Origin: Eledone cirrhosa
Lineage: Eukaryota
Reading direction: 5' to 3'
Length of the DNA: 64,000 nt
NCBI GenBank assembly: GCA_964016885.1
Contig: OZ024765.1
Location: 13,516,001 to 13,580,000, forward strand
Position 1 is the stretch's first letter; each line of letters begins with the position of its first letter. Position numbers and translations under genes: made by a program. The notes under the pieces are model-generated. The model was not told the DNA's origin. It did no database searches and saw nothing but the letters and a program-made list of their open reading frames with translations. Below are positions 63,701 through 64,000 of the stretch, piece by piece.

Positions 63701-64000
63701 ATTTATGTAAATTGACAATGGAAAGGAGCTCCTGCTCGAGTTAGAAGAGAACTAGTGACCTCTAGGAGAAGCAGCGATCCCTAATTGTATTCAGCAACCA
63801 CAACAAGTATGAAGTACACCAAATCGAATGTTCCTAGGGGAGGCCCTGGTTCTTCTTATTTGTGAGTGTAAACTCGGCCAGATTAGATTACTCCCACTGT
63901 TGACCACAAAAGTTATTTAGTGTTAATAATACATACCTGGTGTAGTAACGGGTGGAGTACTTGTAGAGATAACTGTAAAAGAGAGACAGGTTAGTTATAT
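48790..64000. repeat. ~1.6-kb composite macrosatellite (about 9 units, continuing past the window end)
   Basis: Markers recur at 60278, 61890 and 63502 (period 1612) and at 61064 and 62676. Each unit contains two SINE 3' pieces, an RTE fragment (IEVVDSFCYL...RIRIGW), a tRNA-head SINE and ~55-bp A/T-rich subrepeats. Confidence 0.95.

Overview
Eukaryotic, AT-rich, repeat-dense genomic window. The repeat landscape suggests a coleoid cephalopod such as Octopus, but this is inference only. The main content is part of a minus-strand mucin-like gene. Two small spliced exons (29562-29824, 28513-28642) encode a ~130-aa Cys-bounded F5/8C (discoidin)-like domain. They are followed by a giant 16,662-bp symmetric (phase 1-1) Thr/Pro-rich PTS exon (7350-24011). 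A recent ~12.5-kb tandem duplication copied this module (47447-47709, 46398-46527, and a truncated PTS exon at ~35967-36501). In the duplicate, a near-intact Tx1-clade non-LTR retrotransposon (38703-44349) has inserted into the internal 72-bp tandem array of a TTAA-flanked piggyBac-like MITE; the paralogous empty site is in the same window. Also present are a defective full-length mariner, RTE and Ingi/Vingi-like LINE fragments, SINEs, a 5S-derived fragment, many minimal hammerhead-ribozyme motifs and foldbacks near (TA)n tracts (probable Penelope relics), and a ~1.6-kb composite macrosatellite filling most of 48.8-64 kb. No database searches were possible, so all family calls are motif-based.
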